A DNA stretch of 64,000 nucleotides from Candidatus Latescibacterota bacterium (GTDB lineage: Bacteria > Latescibacterota > UBA2968 > GCA-2709665). The position numbers and the translations under genes are program-made. The notes below the pieces were generated by a model. It saw only the letters and a program-made list of their open reading frames with translations. It did no database searches and was not told the DNA's origin. Shown piece after piece: positions 62,018-64,000 of this stretch (position 1 is its first letter; each line of letters begins with the position of its first letter). Location: contig CAXXJS010000030.1 in the NCBI GenBank assembly GCA_963662665.2, positions 32,001 to 96,000 on the forward strand, given 5' to 3'.

Positions 62018-62887
62018 TTACTCGAAATAAAGGACGGCGACTACGGCAAGAAACCAGAGGCCGCCGTTAATCAGCAGCGATGGGTCGCCCAGAATGGTGG
62101 AAGACGGATTACCTCCCTCGTTCCTGGCGTAGACCAGATAGAGGTAACGCAGAAGCCCGTAAATCACGAAGGGGATGGTGAGGTTGAGATGCGGTGTTCC
62201 GAGCTTCTGTACGACGTCGGGCGACATGGTGTACAGCGCGTATGAAACGAGAGCGCCGGCGGTTACAACGGCAATCATCTGGTCCAGAAACCGCGGCGTG
62301 TATTCATCCAGAATACGTCGATGACCGGCAGCGCCGGATTCCAGGAGGATCAATTCCTGCCGACGTTTGACAAATCCCATAAAGAGCGCCAGCAACACCG
62401 TGCATAGAATGAGCCACGAGGAGATTTCCACGCTGATGACGAGGGCGCCGGCAATCGCCCGCAAAAGGTATCCGGAGGCAATGATCATCACGTCCAGAAT
62501 GACGACGTGCTTGAGAAAGAGCGAATAGGCGACGTTCATCAGTCCGTACGCCAGCAGAATACAACCGAAGGGGACACTCAGCAGAAAAGCAAGCGGGAAG
62601 ACCGAAAGCGCGATCACAATGGAAGCAATCCCCGCGGCGGCGGGGCTCAACCGCCCCGCCGCAACCGGCCGGTTACGCTTTTCGGGATGCCGACGGTCGG
62701 ATTCGACGTCTCGAATGTCGTTCAGAAGGTAAACGGAACTGGAGACAAGACAGAAGAGAAGGAATGCGCCGCCGCTACGCGTGAGATAGCGACCGTCGAG
62801 CAGGTGTTCCGAAAAAACAAGCGGCGCCAGTACGAACACGCTCTTTATCCACTGTTGCGGCCGCAGGGATTGAATGAGTGGACGCAT
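62018..62887 (-). CDS. UbiA-family prenyltransferase (decaprenyl-phosphate phosphoribosyltransferase-like)
   Basis: 'LRPQQWIK', 'YLLNDIRDVESDRRHPEKRNRP', 'KRRQE'. Confidence 0.88.
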   Translation of the reverse strand: MRPLIQSLRPQQWIKSVFVLAPLVFSEHLLDGRYLTRSGGAFLLFCLVSSSVYLLNDIRDVESDRRHPEKRNRPVAAGRLSPAAAGIASIVIALSVFPLAFLLSVPFGCILLAYGLMNVAYSLFLKHVVILDVMIIASGYLLRAIAGALVISVEISSWLILCTVLLALFMGFVKRRQELILLESGAAGHRRILDEYTPRFLDQMIAVVTAGALVSYALYTMSPDVVQKLGTPHLNLTIPFVIYGLLRYLYLVYARNEGGNPSSTILGDPSLLINGGLWFLAVVAVLYFE

Positions 62888-62972
62888 TTGGGTGGGGGCC
62901 CGGATGTCGGAATGCAGGGATTGAAGTCTGAACAGGTCGAACGCGCTTCTTGATTCGATCCAGCCACAATCG

Positions 62973-64000
62973 TCAGATTGTCAATCCGAAGTAGATGCGG
63001 CTCTTGTCTATGTCGACGCCCTGGATGCGCTGGCGGGTGGGAAAGGCAATCTGAAAATAACCGTACATCGGAAGTCTGTAGTTGGTGAACATCTGCATCC
63101 GGAGTTCGAAGCCCCAGTCGGTGAGGAACGCGGAGCGTTTGAACCTGTCGTCGGAGTCCAGCAGGGCGCGCAGGCTCTCGAAATTGCCCGTGGCGCCGGT
63201 TTCCACGAAGAGGGTGCCGTAGACTTTATCGAAATGGAATGGAGGCAGTTCTTTCGCCGCGTTCTTGAAGATGGGAAACGTCAGGCTGGCCCTCGCGAGC
63301 AGGGCTTTCCCGCCGGACGTGGAGAAATACGGGTATCCCCTGAGCGTGCCAATTCCGCCAAGATAGTACCGCAGTGGATAATAGAATACGCCTTCCGCAG
63401 ACGAGGTGTTCTCCTGGACGTCTTTTATGGGTTTGTCTTTGTACGCAAGAAAAGCCTGGAGGGCAAACGTGGCTCGCCCGGGAAGGCCGATGAATTCATT
63501 CCACGACACAATGTATTCGTTGATACCCAACTTTGTCGGGTCGGACCGGTACGTCGTGGCGGCAACGCCGTCCTGGTTTAACTGGGTCTGAAATAGCGAG
63601 TCAGTAACGGCGGCGTTGATCCGCCGGTATCTCAACGTGATTGCCCTGCCCCGGGAGGGGTTCACGAACATATCTTTTGAGGGCAGGAAATTGAGGTATC
63701 GCCATCCGACGGCAAGGTCGTTACTCTTGAAGAAGCTGAGGTCCCGGTAGAGGAAATCGTCGAATACAACCTCATCTTCTCCAAGTCCTGGAATCTGGTC
63801 GGTAATATCGGTGATGACGCCGCTTCTGTTCTGAACCAGCCGCGTGCTGTCCAGTATGACCTGGTTCGTAAAGGTGCTCTCCTTGTACTGCCGGCGGCTG
63901 TACGTTATCGAAAGCACCTGACGCCTGCCGATACTCGCTTCAACGCCCATCACAAAATCGTTAAACATGTTTTTGTACGTGTCTTCCTGGGAGAGCGAGA
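62973..64000 (-). CDS. BamA/TamA-like outer-membrane beta-barrel protein, 3' part (5'-truncated by the window)
   Basis: 'LGGIGTLRGYP' (VRGY-like loop); C-terminal beta-signal 'RIYFGLTI'. Confidence 0.7.
   Translation of the reverse strand, partial: SLSQEDTYKNMFNDFVMGVEASIGRRQVLSITYSRRQYKESTFTNQVILDSTRLVQNRSGVITDITDQIPGLGEDEVVFDDFLYRDLSFFKSNDLAVGWRYLNFLPSKDMFVNPSRGRAITLRYRRINAAVTDSLFQTQLNQDGVAATTYRSDPTKLGINEYIVSWNEFIGLPGRATFALQAFLAYKDKPIKDVQENTSSAEGVFYYPLRYYLGGIGTLRGYPYFSTSGGKALLARASLTFPIFKNAAKELPPFHFDKVYGTLFVETGATGNFESLRALLDSDDRFKRSAFLTDWGFELRMQMFTNYRLPMYGYFQIAFPTRQRIQGVDIDKSRIYFGLTI

Overview
High-GC bacterial chromosome segment. Gene content (LolC/E, BamA-like OMP, sulfatase, heparinase-like protein, many dehydrogenases and amidohydrolases) points to a diderm heterotroph; a Latescibacterota/Gemmatimonadota-like organism is only a guess. 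The two flanks (1-27.4 kb and 55.4-64 kb) hold housekeeping and catabolic genes: lolC/E, mutY, aroC, mtnA, rsfS, carA, pyrC, an orphan catabolic operon, a LarA-like protein and a UbiA prenyltransferase. Between them is a ~28 kb island, visibly lower in GC and without an integrase, that looks defence-related. It contains (i) a RecD-like helicase-nuclease and (ii) a type I R-M system whose HsdR carries a C-terminal LexA/S24-like peptidase domain. Nested between hsdS and hsdR are (iii) a vsr-dcm-GHKL ATPase/histidine kinase-response regulator module and (iv) an ART-like plus DUF6575-like gene pair. The island ends with (v) a two-gene locus: a ~1766-aa STAND-like NTPase split in frame by an IS630, followed by a partner with a C-terminal HEPN-type RxxxxH motif. 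Two diverged duplicated gene ends mark where cassettes appear to have been added. There are two complete IS630-family elements and several orphan IS630-like ends. No rRNA, tRNA or CRISPR array was recognised. All family assignments are by eye from motifs; no database searches were run.
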